The notes under the pieces are model-generated. The model was not told the origin of the DNA. It did not search any database and saw only the letters and a program-made list of their open reading frames with translations. Positions 37,780 through 50,940 of a stretch of 64,000 nt of DNA are shown here, piece by piece. The DNA comes from Oculina patagonica. Lineage: Eukaryota. A program made the position numbers and the translations under genes. The first letter of the stretch is position 1; each line of letters begins with the position of its first letter. Location of the stretch: positions 23,374,001-23,438,000 of the forward strand of contig NC_135762.1 in the NCBI RefSeq assembly GCF_052425735.1, in the 5' to 3' direction.

Positions 37780-39309
37780 TACTTCACTACTGGATCATAA
37801 CAGATCAGTCAGATCACATGCGACTATCTGATATCTGTCCCGGGGGAATAGGGCGTAGGGGCAAGGTCCCGCCCAAACTTAGGAATTTGCCCTTCTTTCT
37901 CTTATAGATCCGAGGTTCTACATCTCCACTTCTTTCTTCCAAATTCTAGAAACTTACCGAGATTGGATTTCGGGGCTTTTCGGATCATATCAAATTTGAA
38001 CAAAGTGCGAAACGTTTTCTCTCTCCTTTTCTCTCACCGAGTGGTTTATAATAATAATGATGATAGTAATAATCAGCGGAAAGACTATTAGTAGTTTTTC
38101 CACTAGGTGGCTCTTCGCCTACTATTTCAAACTAAATTATATTTAATTATAGTAGTACTTGTTTTATCCAAAAATACATTAAAATAACTAATCCTTACTA
38201 ACGCTAACTGTTTACAACTATTTACATCACTAAAGTAGTAACAACAGTTTACGTTTAACGTTTCGTAAAAATACCAGTAGAAGTAACTGTACTTTCAATA
38301 GTTCTCACGCCTTGAATGGATCGCCGGAAATTTTAATCGACGTTTATATGAAGGGGAAATTAGATCGCTGACTGCCTAAGAGTAGCACGACGCATACATA
38401 ATCATTTGCAGCCTCCTCAAGGGTTCTGCGTGTGGTCTCAATAATCTTGATGTAATCTGGTCTCGAAGCTCTGATAATCCTGTGAACCCTGTCCACCTCA
38501 AAAATGAGCAATTTCCTTCTTGCTGTCAGAGTTATCAATGTACACGCTGTGTGTAATAGCTATTCATTGCGTCTGGTGTGGCCGGGCGGAGCAGCTGTCC
38601 ACGTTGAAGAAATAGTTCTGTTTACCCCCAACGCTTTTGGTCTTATAGTGTTTTCGTGTCTACAGGCATGTACCCGTTTAGTTAAGCTTTACAGGAAGTC
38701 CATGCTGACAACAGGACTACTCGACAATATACATGGGTTTGTAGATCATGCAACTTTATCACTATTACAGATAACTACAGAATGTAATGGATAATGAAAG
38801 TGATACTAAACAGCCTTAAAAATAGCAAACTACATGTTTCGTGACTGCTTATAAGAGCCTTAAATCCGTGGTAATCCTGGCGAAGACAGTCAAGGCACAG
38901 CATGTGGACATTACTGAGGCTTCCTTGATGCCAACGTGGTAAACTCTATCTCTGCTCGAACAAAACCGTGAGAGGGAGGGGAGGGTGAGTGCCCTCAGAC
39001 ATAGCTTTAAAACTATTCCAAGTCCTGTCTGAGAAGGAAACATTTTGCCTGATGTGTAAAGTTTTGTACAAGGGGCTCGTTATATCGTCGAAAAGAATTA
39101 TTCTAAAGGAAACTAAAAAGAGAAATTTAACGCTGGGAATATTAAAGCTAAATTAAACTGGTTCGATGTGTAACCGGCTGCACGTTCCTCACTTGATAAG
39201 ACAGCAAATGGCAACAATCAAGATCACAACGAAACAGGACACGTCGTGTGGTTTAACATGCACAGAGTACTTGAGGTGATGCGCAAACTGATGAAACGAT
39301 TGCAAAGAA

Positions 39310-39530
39310 GAGGTCCTACCAATGGCGGGTAGGGAGGGTGGGGATTGAGTCCGTATCGCTTGCCTAAAGTTTGAAAGTCCCGTGCCACTGTTTTATCAAT
39401 ACTTTATGGCCGGAAAGTGAAAGAGAATTGTGAAAAAGAATGTCGTCTTTTTCGCAATTTCATTTTGTGCCCTGTGGCTTCGCGACTTTTTGGGCCATCA
39501 GCCATGTCGGGATTTATCCTGGCATAGCCT
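39310..39530. mobile_element. Degenerate MITE (gaggtcct ... catagcctc)
   Basis: Resembles a common coral non-autonomous element; TIRs degenerate. Confidence 0.4.
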
Positions 39531-41405
39531 CGAAGAAGACACAGAGAAGAGAACAGAATCAAAAAGTTTGCTGTTTTTGTTCTGAAGAATGTTACTTATA
39601 GGGAAAACTGGCTGAGATAACCAGCTGGTAATGTATTATTGCATCAACTTGAGCCAGCCGCTATCAAACGGATCTCATAAACACCTCTCCACCTTTACTG
39701 GTTCATATACCTATTAACTTGCGCAATGGAAAACCACGCAACATGACTTGAAACACGGACACTGACTAATATACTTTGTGTAACCGGTCATGTCTAAAAA
39801 AAACTATACTTAACATCACGTGTATTATAATAAAATACCAATAAAACAAATTCCCCGGCATGTCACGAAAAAACTGCATTTTGTCCCAAGCGCACGGAAT
39901 CATTGTATTGAATAATTTAGAATTCGCACGGATCACGGTTTATAAATTTAGTCAAACGCGCGCGTCTCACTTTATAACAATTTTCCCGTCATTTTGTGGT
40001 CAATAAATTGTTATTAAAGAATAACCCTGGCTTGTACTACCATAATGGGTTAACACTAGCAGCTCAAATTAAAACTCGCGTTTTATTTTATCTCTGAACC
40101 TATTTATAAAAACGATTTTAATTTACATGCAAAAGCCACTCTTTCATGCACCTCGAGCTCACGTCGGCGCGCCCATGGTCACGAAAACACGCACGCAATA
40201 TAAATTGTCAACTCAGCAAAATTCATTTTCAATTTTGTTCACTTTAGAACCTCCAAGTCTAGATAGACGGTGAACTCAACTGTATTTTTTGATCCAAGAA
40301 ATCACTTTTTTATTATCAAATAGTTTTTAATATCTATGCTACGTGAGGGCTTTTCGATTCAATGCGTGACGGTTCCTTATTTATTCAGTTGGTTTTCAAC
40401 TGAATTAAGGCTTAGTTCTTCCGTCAAGGTCACGACAATTTTCATGTCAGTGCTATTTTTATTTCGTTGTAAATTAAACATTGATATAGGTTAAAAAATT
40501 AAAGGAGTTGTTCAAACATTTTTTGAATTATTAATTTTTTTTTTTTGCCCCCTTTTAAATTTTTCGGTCGCCCCCTTTCCCTTGGAAAACTTTTCCCTCT
40601 CTCCATAAAAAATATAAATATGTCGCGCATATAACATCTTTAATCTTCCCCAAAAAGATAACTAAGCTCTTTCCATATTTTAGTTTATTATTACTTCTTT
40701 GATGTTTTTGTATCTTAGTAAACTTAAATTCTGACGCTCCGTTCGACTTTTAAGTTGTTTTTTTACATCATAAAAATGTATATATCTATCCGGTAAAAAC
40801 AAGCTTAAACTAGTTTGTGAAACTATTATGCAATTCCTCATTAATGTTTCTCTTTACGCGTTCACCGCTAAATTAAACTGTTCCATAGTTATACAAATGC
40901 CTTGTAAAAAAATTTTTTGTAAAGATTTCATTGTTTTTCTTTCTCTTTTTTTTTTTTTGTGCCGTAATAAGGCAGCTATCCTAACAATTTAAGAAACTAT
41001 GTTAGTTATTTAAATCGTTTTCGTTTATGATTGCCACAGTGGAATTACTTTGCAGTTATTTCACTGATATAAATGTTGCTGTTGGCTATTTTTGATTCGG
41101 TATCCCCCGCTTCTTAAGTACGCCCGCTCGACGCCCGCCCAGAACTAACGCCTTCAGATCAGACATCTCGGCTAAAAGAACAAGTGCGAACTGTCAAAAA
41201 ACTATACGATAGTGTGGTTTTATTTTTCTAAGACCACGCTTCAGCTAAAAAGGCCACGGTCATCTGTGACAACAAGTATTCAGACAATTAGCCAAATTGT
41301 CAATTAATATGTATAAATTCAAAATATTTGCGTGAATTTACTCTTCAAAGACAAAACACCCTTTTTGGCACTCAAAACCTCGCCACACACGCGAAAAACA
41401 CTCGC

Positions 41406-41985
41406 TATGTACATTTGCGGTCTATAAATGGAGCTTAAAGGAGAGGAAGTCGTTTTACAATTAAAATTATTATTTTTCTGTCTTCTTTTGAACAACTCGT
41501 CTTCCTTCGCTCGAGTGATAATGGTAATTATTTCACGTAGTCTTTGTTTTTCCGTCGATGAGTTGACACTTGTAACTAACAACATAAAAAACCGCAAGCG
41601 ACTTTGCCTTTGTGTGATGACAAGCTGCCCAGCAGTGTATTTTAGCGGGTAAATTAACACACGTCTAAACAGAAAACAGGAGACACCTCTCTACGTGGCT
41701 TTTCGACAATTTAATTACGAAAGAAAATATACGTCTTTTACATACAAAATTCTGAAAATTTACATCCTATTAAAACTTTACCATATATACGGGGGTGGGG
41801 GGATTTTTTTCCACATCTTAGTATTTACACAGTTTTCGTTTAAGCATTATACTCTCGAAACTTAAAAAATTATGACGTTCATCTCGCCAAACTTGGCGTG
41901 GGTAATGGACATATTATTTACAATCGCTCCATATATTACGTTACCCCTCGTTGACCCTTTTGTCTTTAAACGACTTCTATTTACA
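41406..41985 (-). promoter_or_regulatory. Cluster of four Pumilio response elements (UGUAHAUA) in the putative 3'UTR of the PH gene
   Basis: Plus-strand tatgtaca at 41406 and tatttaca at 41822, 41915 and 41978; candidate minus-strand AATAAA near 41220 and further downstream. Confidence 0.5.
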
Positions 41986-42377
41986 ATTCAGTCACGTCTC
42001 GTATGTTTCAGCAGATGCGACTTAGTTTAGAATTTCACGAAACCGAAAAAAAATACGAGCACGTTTGCGCTAAATCGTTGTAAAAAAAACATCAATCATG
42101 GCCTATTTAAGGAGCGTAAAATATCGAACTATGTAGAATGCAATTTTTCTTTAGTTTTCTCTCTAAAATATTTGATCATAATCTTCTAAATAATTTACAT
42201 TTTGCTGTCAGCTTAGATATATTAAATGGTCTCTTTGCTCTTTGTTCTCTCAAAATCCCTCCTTCTTTGTGAGTTCAATAAATTAAATTGATTGAGTTTT
42301 TTCGATCAGGGTTGTAAACCTCGGCGTGATCTCTTTAGCGTCTTTGTTCATTTTGTCAGTTTTTCAGAAATTTTCAT

Positions 42378-42842
42378 TTATACTGCGGGAATTAGACTTG
42401 ATCTTCTCTGTTCAACTCCATTAATCTCCTCGGAGAAGCTTTCTTGAATAACAGGCATCATACGGACGTTTCTCGACTTTCTTTTCGCTTTCATGACAGT
42501 TCTTTCGTTCTCCCGATCAAAGTCTCTCAAAACTTTCAACCATTCTCGTCTCTCTTCAGGGGTTTCCGCACTAAAACACAACAGCCCCGTCGACGATCCA
42601 ATTCGCTCGCCTTGTGGTGTCAAAGTAAACGAGCCATCGTTGTTTTCTGTGACAGTGCAGGATTTTAAGCGAAGGAACGCACAGGGTTTCTTCCAAATCC
42701 AAGCTGAATCTCTGTAAAATACGATAAAAGGGTCTGATACCCGCGTGTACGCCACAGCCATAAGTCTTACGCGACGTCCGCTGTTTGGGTCCGAAGCCAA
42801 CAACAAATAACCACTCTTGGTTGCAGACATGTTTTCGTTCAT
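42378..42842 (-). CDS. Intronless small pleckstrin-homology (PH) domain protein, 154 aa
   Basis: First ATG at 42842 (second at 42830). KSGYLLL first strand, FIVFYRD, PCAFLRLKSCTV, and FSAETPEERREWLKVL (PH C-terminal helix with the invariant Trp), followed by a basic tail. Confidence 0.85.
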   Translation of the reverse strand: MNENMSATKSGYLLLASDPNSGRRVRLMAVAYTRVSDPFIVFYRDSAWIWKKPCAFLRLKSCTVTENNDGSFTLTPQGERIGSSTGLLCFSAETPEERREWLKVLRDFDRENERTVMKAKRKSRNVRMMPVIQESFSEEINGVEQRRSSLIPAV

Positions 42843-42974
42843 ATTTCCTCGAGTTATTCTTCCGAAGTGACTGGCTCTAAGTCGTACGATTTTATAAACT
42901 TTCTTCACGTTTACCAGATTAGTGACAGGAATGAAGGCAATATGAAAACTGAACGTTCACCGACCCCGAGCTTC

Positions 42975-43095
42975 CTTTTAATACTCAAAATAGGAAGTGA
43001 CGTCAGACCTGGATAAACAAAGCAACCAAGCGGAGTAAATTAGATGTTATTTTCCATTTCCTTTATATGACGTCAAGGCGTTGCCATGACGAAAG
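42975..43095 (-). promoter_or_regulatory. Proximal promoter of the PH gene: TATA-like box, ETS-CRE composite, second CRE, CArG-like and partial X-box
   Basis: TATTAAAAG (minus, 42975-42983); GGAAGTGACGTCA (42993-43005); TGACGTCA (43068-43075) overlapping CCTTTATATG; GTTGCCATG at 43080; a third CRE at 43700-43707. Confidence 0.6.
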
Positions 43096-43924
43096 CAAAG
43101 TGATGCGTGTTGTACGTGTTGCGTTACTCAGAACAGATATTTCGCGTTGTTTCTAGAAATCTCTTAATCTATAAAAACCTTTCTGGGTTTCAGGGCGTTT
43201 TTAGGCTTGTTTCGAACTTTTTTTTCAAATTCCAATGCGTTTTCGACCAAGTTTGTTCACCTTTGTTCGTGTGTAGGCAAGCGCCACGCACGAAAAACCC
43301 CGGAAAATAAACCTTGCATTCAACCGGATGTATGTCATAATTATTAATTTATACCAATATCACAAAAGCTCGGTTTGGGGGTGCTTTTAAAGAAGAAAAA
43401 CCTTAGCACCATTCAGTTCTTCACTTTGTTTATATTTTGATAAAATATTTTTGTGTTGTTGATACTAGTGTAAATGTTGTGAACGTGCTCAGGGGCTAAC
43501 ATGAAACAAGAAGCGAAGAAATCTATTTTAAGTGCAACAGGTTCAAGGTGTTTTTCACACTGCCACGCAAACAGATTATAGGATTATTTTTAAGGATGTT
43601 TTTCGAAAACGGAGGAAGCAACCAGCAGAACACAGATGGTAAACACGTTTTGCCTTTTAGGCCGATTGAACTGAAAAGCAATTTACAGAAACATAAACAT
43701 GACGTCACTGCTTCATGCGAAAGTGGGAGCCACCTGGGAAACAACACGATTGCTAAATCAAAAATTAGGAAAGTTTACAAGAAAAATACTGAAATTCAAG
43801 AAATTAGTTTTAAACCTTCCTGTTTCTTTCAGCCTGGCTCTTAACTAACTTTTCAGCATCGTGCTGAATGCAACCAAATAAGCCGGGAATAAGCGCACAA
43901 GGTGCTGTGCCAAAAGAAAACGTG

Positions 43925-44430
43925 ATTACTGATTCTCCATTTTTAGCAAGACGGGAATATCATTAGCCATAAATTGACTAATTAGGCCTTAAACCTTTTC
44001 TGCTAATGTTCCCGTAATACGATATTAACGGAAGATCAGCAGAAAACTTTAAAGCTGTAAGGCTTATTAAAGCTGAAAGCCTGACCCAAAAGAAAAGTGG
44101 TTATCAATTCTCCATTTTTAGGGAGACGGGAATATAATTAGCCATAAATTGACTTATTCGGCCTTGAACTTTTCTGCTAAATGTTCCCGTAATATGATAT
44201 TAACGGAAGATCAGCAGAAAACTTTAAAGCTGCAAGGCTTATTAAAGCTGAAAGTCTGACCCAAAAGAAAAATGGTTACCAATTCTCCATTTTTAGCGAG
44301 AAGGGAATATAATTAGCCGTAAATTGACTTATTCGGCCTTAGAACTTTCTGTTCATGTTCCTGTTATATGATATGAAAGGAAGATCAGTAGAAAATTCTA
44401 AAGCTGTACTGAAGGCCTTACAAAGCTGAA
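43925..44430 (+). repeat. 175-bp tandem repeat, about 3 copies
   Basis: attctccatttttag at 43932, 44107 and 44282. Confidence 0.95.
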
Positions 44431-47400
44431 AGTAAAAAGTTAACTTAAGGATTGAATTTGGGTCAAAACTGCCTTTACTGTAATGTAATGGAAAACAAAA
44501 CAAAACAAATAAAGCGGAACATATCGCACTGAAATATCGCACTCGGAACGCACGCCGCGTGGAAAATGAAATTATATTTATTTTACGCTCTTTACCGAGA
44601 GCTGAATACTGGTGAAAGTGAAAAGCAATCTTCTATCGATTAAGCAATTTTGGAAAGCCATTGCAGTGTAATGGGGAATGAGGAAGGCTCACAAAAAAAG
44701 TTAGGGTTCGCCTTTGATACGGTCTTCGTTAAAGCCGTGCCGCGACAAAAAGCTAGATAAGTTTGACCGTTGTACATGTAAAATACAATCTACACTGTGT
44801 GAAATATAAAAGGAAAATTATCAAATTGAAGGTTTCTGAGGATAGTATAGAGGCCGGTGAAGTGTGAGATAGCCGTTCAACTGGCTGATGTGAACCCATT
44901 TTGATATTGAATGAAGTTATTTTAATTTGCGATATGTTGAGTTATCAGATGGCCTAGACGAGTTTAAAGACTCGTGAAGGAATGTATTTTTTGTTTACAT
45001 TACAATACAGCTGTATCTAGAGAGTCCAAGGTAAAACATTTTTTTTAGTTTGATTCGCTGCGTTTAAAGGCAAGCGGATCGATAATTACTAGCCCTTTAA
45101 TGACAAAACGTGCAAGGATTTTATTGTTCATGTACTATTTAGGGATTTAATAAGTGCAAAATATTTCTTATACAAGATAATGATAATCAATATTCGATTT
45201 TAAATTAGCCCAAAATAGTTTGCTCAACGATCTTGAATGTCACTGTGAACTGCGACGTGCGGCGAGACGACCCGTTTGGTTTGGCGGGAATATTTGGCGG
45301 GAAGAAAAAGGCCGGGCACACGCAAAATCGCGCGAAAACTTCTAGAAACTATGATGGATCGCCATATATTTTGTACATGTAATTGGATTTATGGTTTCTG
45401 TAACGGGGGCAGAAATGTTTGAAATATGTAAGTTAGCGTCTTCCTTAATATTATAGCAATTTGCGTTGATCGGGACAATCTTATATTGAATTTCGGCAAA
45501 AATAATTAAGAACACTTCTACTGCCTTCTACTGAAATCGTGCGATTGCGGCCAACGCCCGATAGCGCTAGTTTTAATGTCGAGATTTTAAAAACAACTGA
45601 AAATTCTGCTACAATGCAGTTTTAATGTCATTATCCTGTACATTTTTAGGTCAGTTTAAGTTTATTTACACATCTAAAATAATAATCTAATCAGCCACGT
45701 AAGCGGAAATTAAAATATTGCAATATTGGATCTTTTGCAAGTGTCACTGAAGAACACAAAAACAAGTTAATATTTGCCCGCATTTTCCACTTTCCTGAAA
45801 GCAATCTTTACTTTTTTATTCCGTGTCCGTCTGCAAGTTTTTTCTTTATTCACAATTTATAAAAAGTTCCAATACAACGTATCAAAAAGAGTTTTGTTTT
45901 TACTTAAGTCAGGGAAAAGATATGCGCCAAAATGAAAACGCTGTAAGTTTTTGATAAGAAATTTAGCTTTCATTGACGGGACCGCTAATCAGTGAACTGA
46001 TCGTAATATGAAGTGGCCCGCAATGAAAAAATAGCTTGTAGTTTACCTTTTTAAATTCTTTTGAAAAAAAACCTCTTCTTCGTTGATAGCCGAATTCTAT
46101 TACTGGAGTACACTTGGTCTGATTTTATGCGCGACGCTCCACCCCCCCCCCCGTTTTTATTCTTTTGGGTTTTTAATAAACGCTAATCGTCTAGACTCCA
46201 TAATAGTAAAGAACGTCGTTTTCGATTTTCTTAATGCGCAAATGAACTACTAAGCCGATATCACTTAACGCACGTGCGGTAGAGAACAGCGAAAATGTTC
46301 TTTTAAGTGTCTGTGGCCCACACCCACTGACGATGGTACGCCAGACTGGCCGTAATTGAACACGGAGGCTTCTCAATACTAAACAAAAGCAAGTTTCGGA
46401 TACCCAGGCATGTAGGATTAGATTAAAATGTAAGGTCAAGGACAAGTCAGCGCGAGACAGCGGGCCGTAATTTTGGTATCTTCTCAGTTGGCGTCAAAAC
46501 TTTGCCTGCGTCGTAACCGAGCTCAACCGCCGGTTAGGAAACGCTAGCAGTGCAATATTTTGGAAATTAGTCGGTAAAACTACGTTTGCGCTGCGTAGAG
46601 TATTTGAAGTGCACATGTCCCACGACTTTCGTTTTCTGCGTATAATAGTTACAGAGTGCGAGCAATGTTTTCTTTTCTCTCGGGTGCAATGATCTCGGAA
46701 AACGTGAAATTATCGACTGGGACAGATTAGTGAGCGCCAAAGTCGTGAGCCGCGAGTGTGGACGCGATAAGTTAGCATCAGGGATCGTTAACGATGGCCC
46801 TTTATAAAATGAAGTGGCGCGTTTGATTCCAATATTTACCAATAAAATCTTGTCCTAAACGTGTAGACAATTCAAAATTTAGGCAAAAGTTTTTCTCTGT
46901 TTGGCACCTTTCGGTTACTCCTGTCTCAAAGTTCTCTTTCTATGTTCTGTTGTCGCCACTAAAAGTGTTTTCTTTGTTCCATTTCCGTTAAAATGTAAGT
47001 ACTTTAATATCCTTTAATAATATCCTTGTTTAAGCAAGAAGTATTGCCTTCTTTCGCTTTGGTTTCCTATACTTTAAATTATTTTACCTTTCCGTCCGCG
47101 TTCATTTAGGTCCGCAAAAAAGTTTGAATATTTTAAATTTGATTTGAACGGGGTATAACTTGTTTAGGTTGTCAATGAAATTGAGCCATCTTATTCCGTT
47201 CAAGAACTTCAACACATTTGAGCAATATCTTGTGTCGCCAAATATAATATTGCTACTCAACATTGTCGATGATGATAATTTCATTTTAGCCGAATTTTCT
47301 CGCGATTCTTTTCATTTTGCTCCATTTCTCCGGCTGATTTAGCTTGCTTCAGGGAAACCCTTGCACAAATCGACACAAATCAAGTCCAAAGTTGTGAGGC

Positions 47401-50400
47401 ATGCACCCAATACAAAACACATTTTTAATCTTCTTAATAAAGATAGAGAGAAAAATGTTTATCGAAACCTTGATTTTATTTTACACGTCGTGTCACGTAT
47501 GAATTGCAGTCAAGTGGTACAGTAGTACAGACGGAAACTCTCGAAAGGTCCGGGAATGTAGACGGATGAAACGTCGTCGCATTCGTCACGGTCAACTTGG
47601 TCAAGGTCGCGTTCGTGCCTAAAATTTGGCGCCAAAACGCACGCAGTTATTCTAGGCGTTCCTCGAGACGCACGTATAAAGTCGGCAAGCTTTTACGGAA
47701 TAACTACTATAGGCAAACACGTGAAAACGGACGTGGAACATGTTTTGATGCAATTGTTTTAGCAACTACGCTGAGGATACGAAACCGCAGACATTAAAAA
47801 AACAACCAAGTTGAAATCGGAAAACTAAACACTCGGGGTAACCTTAAAAATTTGGTGTGCGCACGTCTCAATGTATACTTTTATAGAGTTTTTATAACCA
47901 GTGATAGAGGGTTACGGAGGGTAAGCACACAGGATCGGAAGAAAACAAAAGATTTAAAAAGAGAGGATATATAGCCCTCTTCCTGAAGAATTGTGTTTTT
48001 TCATGCAGATTCGCTGTGTATTGAGTCAGTGATCGTTTTGACTATCAACATATGGTTGAGCCGCGATTTGGGCAAATGCCACCTAAAAACGGCAAGAGTC
48101 GGTGAGACTGGAACCGCAGAGAACCAAAATTGATCTTTTTGGTGTCAGTGTGAACTGTGGCATGTGTGATAAAGTGACCTTTTTTGTCTGATGGAAAATT
48201 TGGCGGGAACATAACCGCGCAGTCCGCACGCACGTAAACTCGCGCCAAAACTTCTGCTTCTGCTATGACGGATCGCTAAGGTCATATATTAAATGTATAG
48301 ATTTATAGTTTCTGTGACGGAGGATAAAATTTATTAAATACGCAAGTTAACTTTAGATCAGTGTATGCAGATTATTTTTATAATTTGCGTTGGTTGATTG
48401 CGCTCGATTTTAAATTAACCTAAAATTGCTTGCTCATTGATCTTGAGTGTCACTGTGAACTGTGACGTGCAGCGAGACGAGCTGTTCGGTTTGGCGGAAA
48501 AAAGGCCGGGCGCACGCAAAATGGCGCGAAATAGTCTAGAAATTATGATGGATCGCCACATATATTTTGTAATTGGATTTATGGTTTCTTTATAAAAGGG
48601 AGAAATGTATTAAATACGTAAGTTAGCTTGAGCTGTCTCAATATTATGATAAATCGCGTTGATCGCGACAATCTGATATTTAATTTCGGCGAAAATTAAT
48701 TAAGGACATTAAGAACACTTCTACTGGCTTCTACTGAAATCGTGCGATTTCTGCTAACGCAATCGTCGCAATGTTGAGATTTAGAAAGAAATCTGTTACA
48801 AGAAGTTTTAATGTCATTCTCCAGGACAATCTTGGCTTTAGTAAGTTTATTTACACATCTAGATTCAATTCTATCTAATACGATACGATATATCTAACCA
48901 GCCATAAGCGGAAATTTAAGATGGTTTCCGCCCAACATTCGAGCAATACAGGCAAAAATAAAGTTACCAAAGAGACCTCATCAAAAACCTGACAAAACTT
49001 TAGCACTCAAGCTGACCCCGCGAGAGAAAAATGGATTTGAAATTATCTATATTTCAGTAAAAACGGACGTTTCACGCCAGTTCAAAACAAAATGGCGCGC
49101 ATTTTGAACATTTTTACGAGGTTTGACTTCAATTTTCTCGAGAATGCTTTAGAATTTAATTACGGGGTCACTGGGACAAATGAATTTCAGTAAGATCTTT
49201 TAAATAGTATACAAAATGTTTCCGTGCTATGAGCAGAATTTTGGTACTTAATTTTCGCACTCATTGCTCGAACCTTTAGCGGAATCCGTCTTAAGTATTG
49301 CAATATTGGGTCTGCAAGCATAACTGAAAAACGTGAAAACGACTTTATATTTGCCCGCGTTTTCCACATGCTTGAAAACAATTTTGACCTTTTCATTCCG
49401 TGTCTGTCTGCAGGTTTTTTCTTTATTCAAAATTTATAAAAGTTTCAATACAACGAACAGACACACCCTTTCGTATCAAAAGAGGTTTTTACTTAAGTCG
49501 AAAGAAGATAGTTCAGGATAAGCAAATCGCTGTAAAGTGAGAAATTAGCTCATTGACGGGACCAAATTAGTAAACTGATCGTAATATGAAGTGGTCCGCA
49601 AAGAAAAAGATAGGCTGTGGTTACTGACTTTCTGAAAATCTTTTTAAAGAAAACTTCTTCATTGAGTACATTATAACGGACTATAAAGAGTTCATATTCT
49701 GTTAAGTACATGGGCTGACTTTTTGCGCAGTGAGAAAACATTGTTTTTATTCTTTTTATTTGGGCTCCTAACAATCGCTGAAATAAGTGCAATAAACTAG
49801 AAAATTGTCGTTTTCGATTTTGTTAATGCGCAAATGAACTGCTAAGCCGATATCACTTAACGCACGTGCGGTAAATAACAACGAAAACGTTCTTTAAGTG
49901 TCTGCAGCCCACACCCTCTGACGATGGTACGCCAGGCTGGCCGTAAATGAAAACGGAGGCTTTTTAATAATGAATGAAAACAACTTTCGGATACCCAGGC
50001 ATGTAGGATTAGATTTAAATGTAAGGTCAAGGATAATTCAAAACTATGCGAGACAGCGGGCCGTGGTTTTTGTATGGTTTCAGTTGGCGTCAAAACTTCG
50101 CCGGCCTGCGTCGTAACCGAGCTCAACCGCCTGTTAGGAAACGCTAGCAGTGCAATATTTTGGACAATTAGTCGGTAAAACTACGCTTGCGTAGGATATT
50201 TGAAGTGCACATGTTCCATGGCTCTAGTTTTCTGTCTATAATCATTACAGAGTGAGAGCAATGTCTTCTTTTTTCTCGGGTGCTACGTTCTCGCAAAACG
50301 TTAATTCGCGACTGGAACGGACCGCGAGTGTGGACGCGACAAGTTAGCATCAGGGATCGTTAACGATCGCCCTTGTAATGATGTGACGCGTTACTAATTT

Positions 50401-50798
50401 CTAATATTTGGCATGACGCGATATTATGAATCTCAGTCCTAACGTGTAGACAATTCAAAATTTTTATTCAAAAGCTTTCTCTGTTTGGCGCAATTTAAGA
50501 TTTCATGTTACTCCTCAAAGTTCCCTTTCTATGTTCTGTGTCGCCACAAAAAGTGTTTTCTTTGTTTCATTCGCGTTAAACTGTAATTTATTTTAATATC
50601 CTTTTAGCGAGATATATTGCCCTCTTTCGCTTAATTTCCTTTACTTTGAATTATTTTGCCTTTCCATTTGCGTTCATCTAGGTCCGGAAACTTTGATTTG
50701 AACGGGGTATAATTCGTTCAGGTTGTTAACGAAATCAGCCATTTTATTTCGTTCAATGACTTCAACACACTTGAACAATATTTTATGTCGTCAGATAT

Positions 50799-50860
50799 CT
50801 CTCTCCTCCGCAGAGGCTCCTCAGAGAGGTTTTCATCGGGAACCTCTGCGGAGGAGAGAG
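50799..50860. mobile_element. 62-bp palindromic MITE, 9-bp TSD GTCAGATAT
   Basis: ctctctcctccgcagagg / cctctgcggaggagagag; TSD at 50790-50798 and 50861-50869; empty site in copy A near 47235. Confidence 0.9.
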
Positions 50861-50940
50861 GTCAGATATTATATTGCTACTCAACCTTGTCGACGATGAT
50901 CATTTCATTTGACCAAATTTTCTCGCGATACTTTACATTT

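Noticed and set aside
42843-42908. GTG-initiated N-terminal extension of the PH protein in the ORF track
   Set aside because: Eukaryotic gene; the first ATG is at 42842.
46191-50126. Similar minus-strand ORFs (LSLTLHxNLILHAWVSE) in copies A and B as a gene family
   Set aside because: Non-ATG starts, frameshifts between copies and no recognisable domain.
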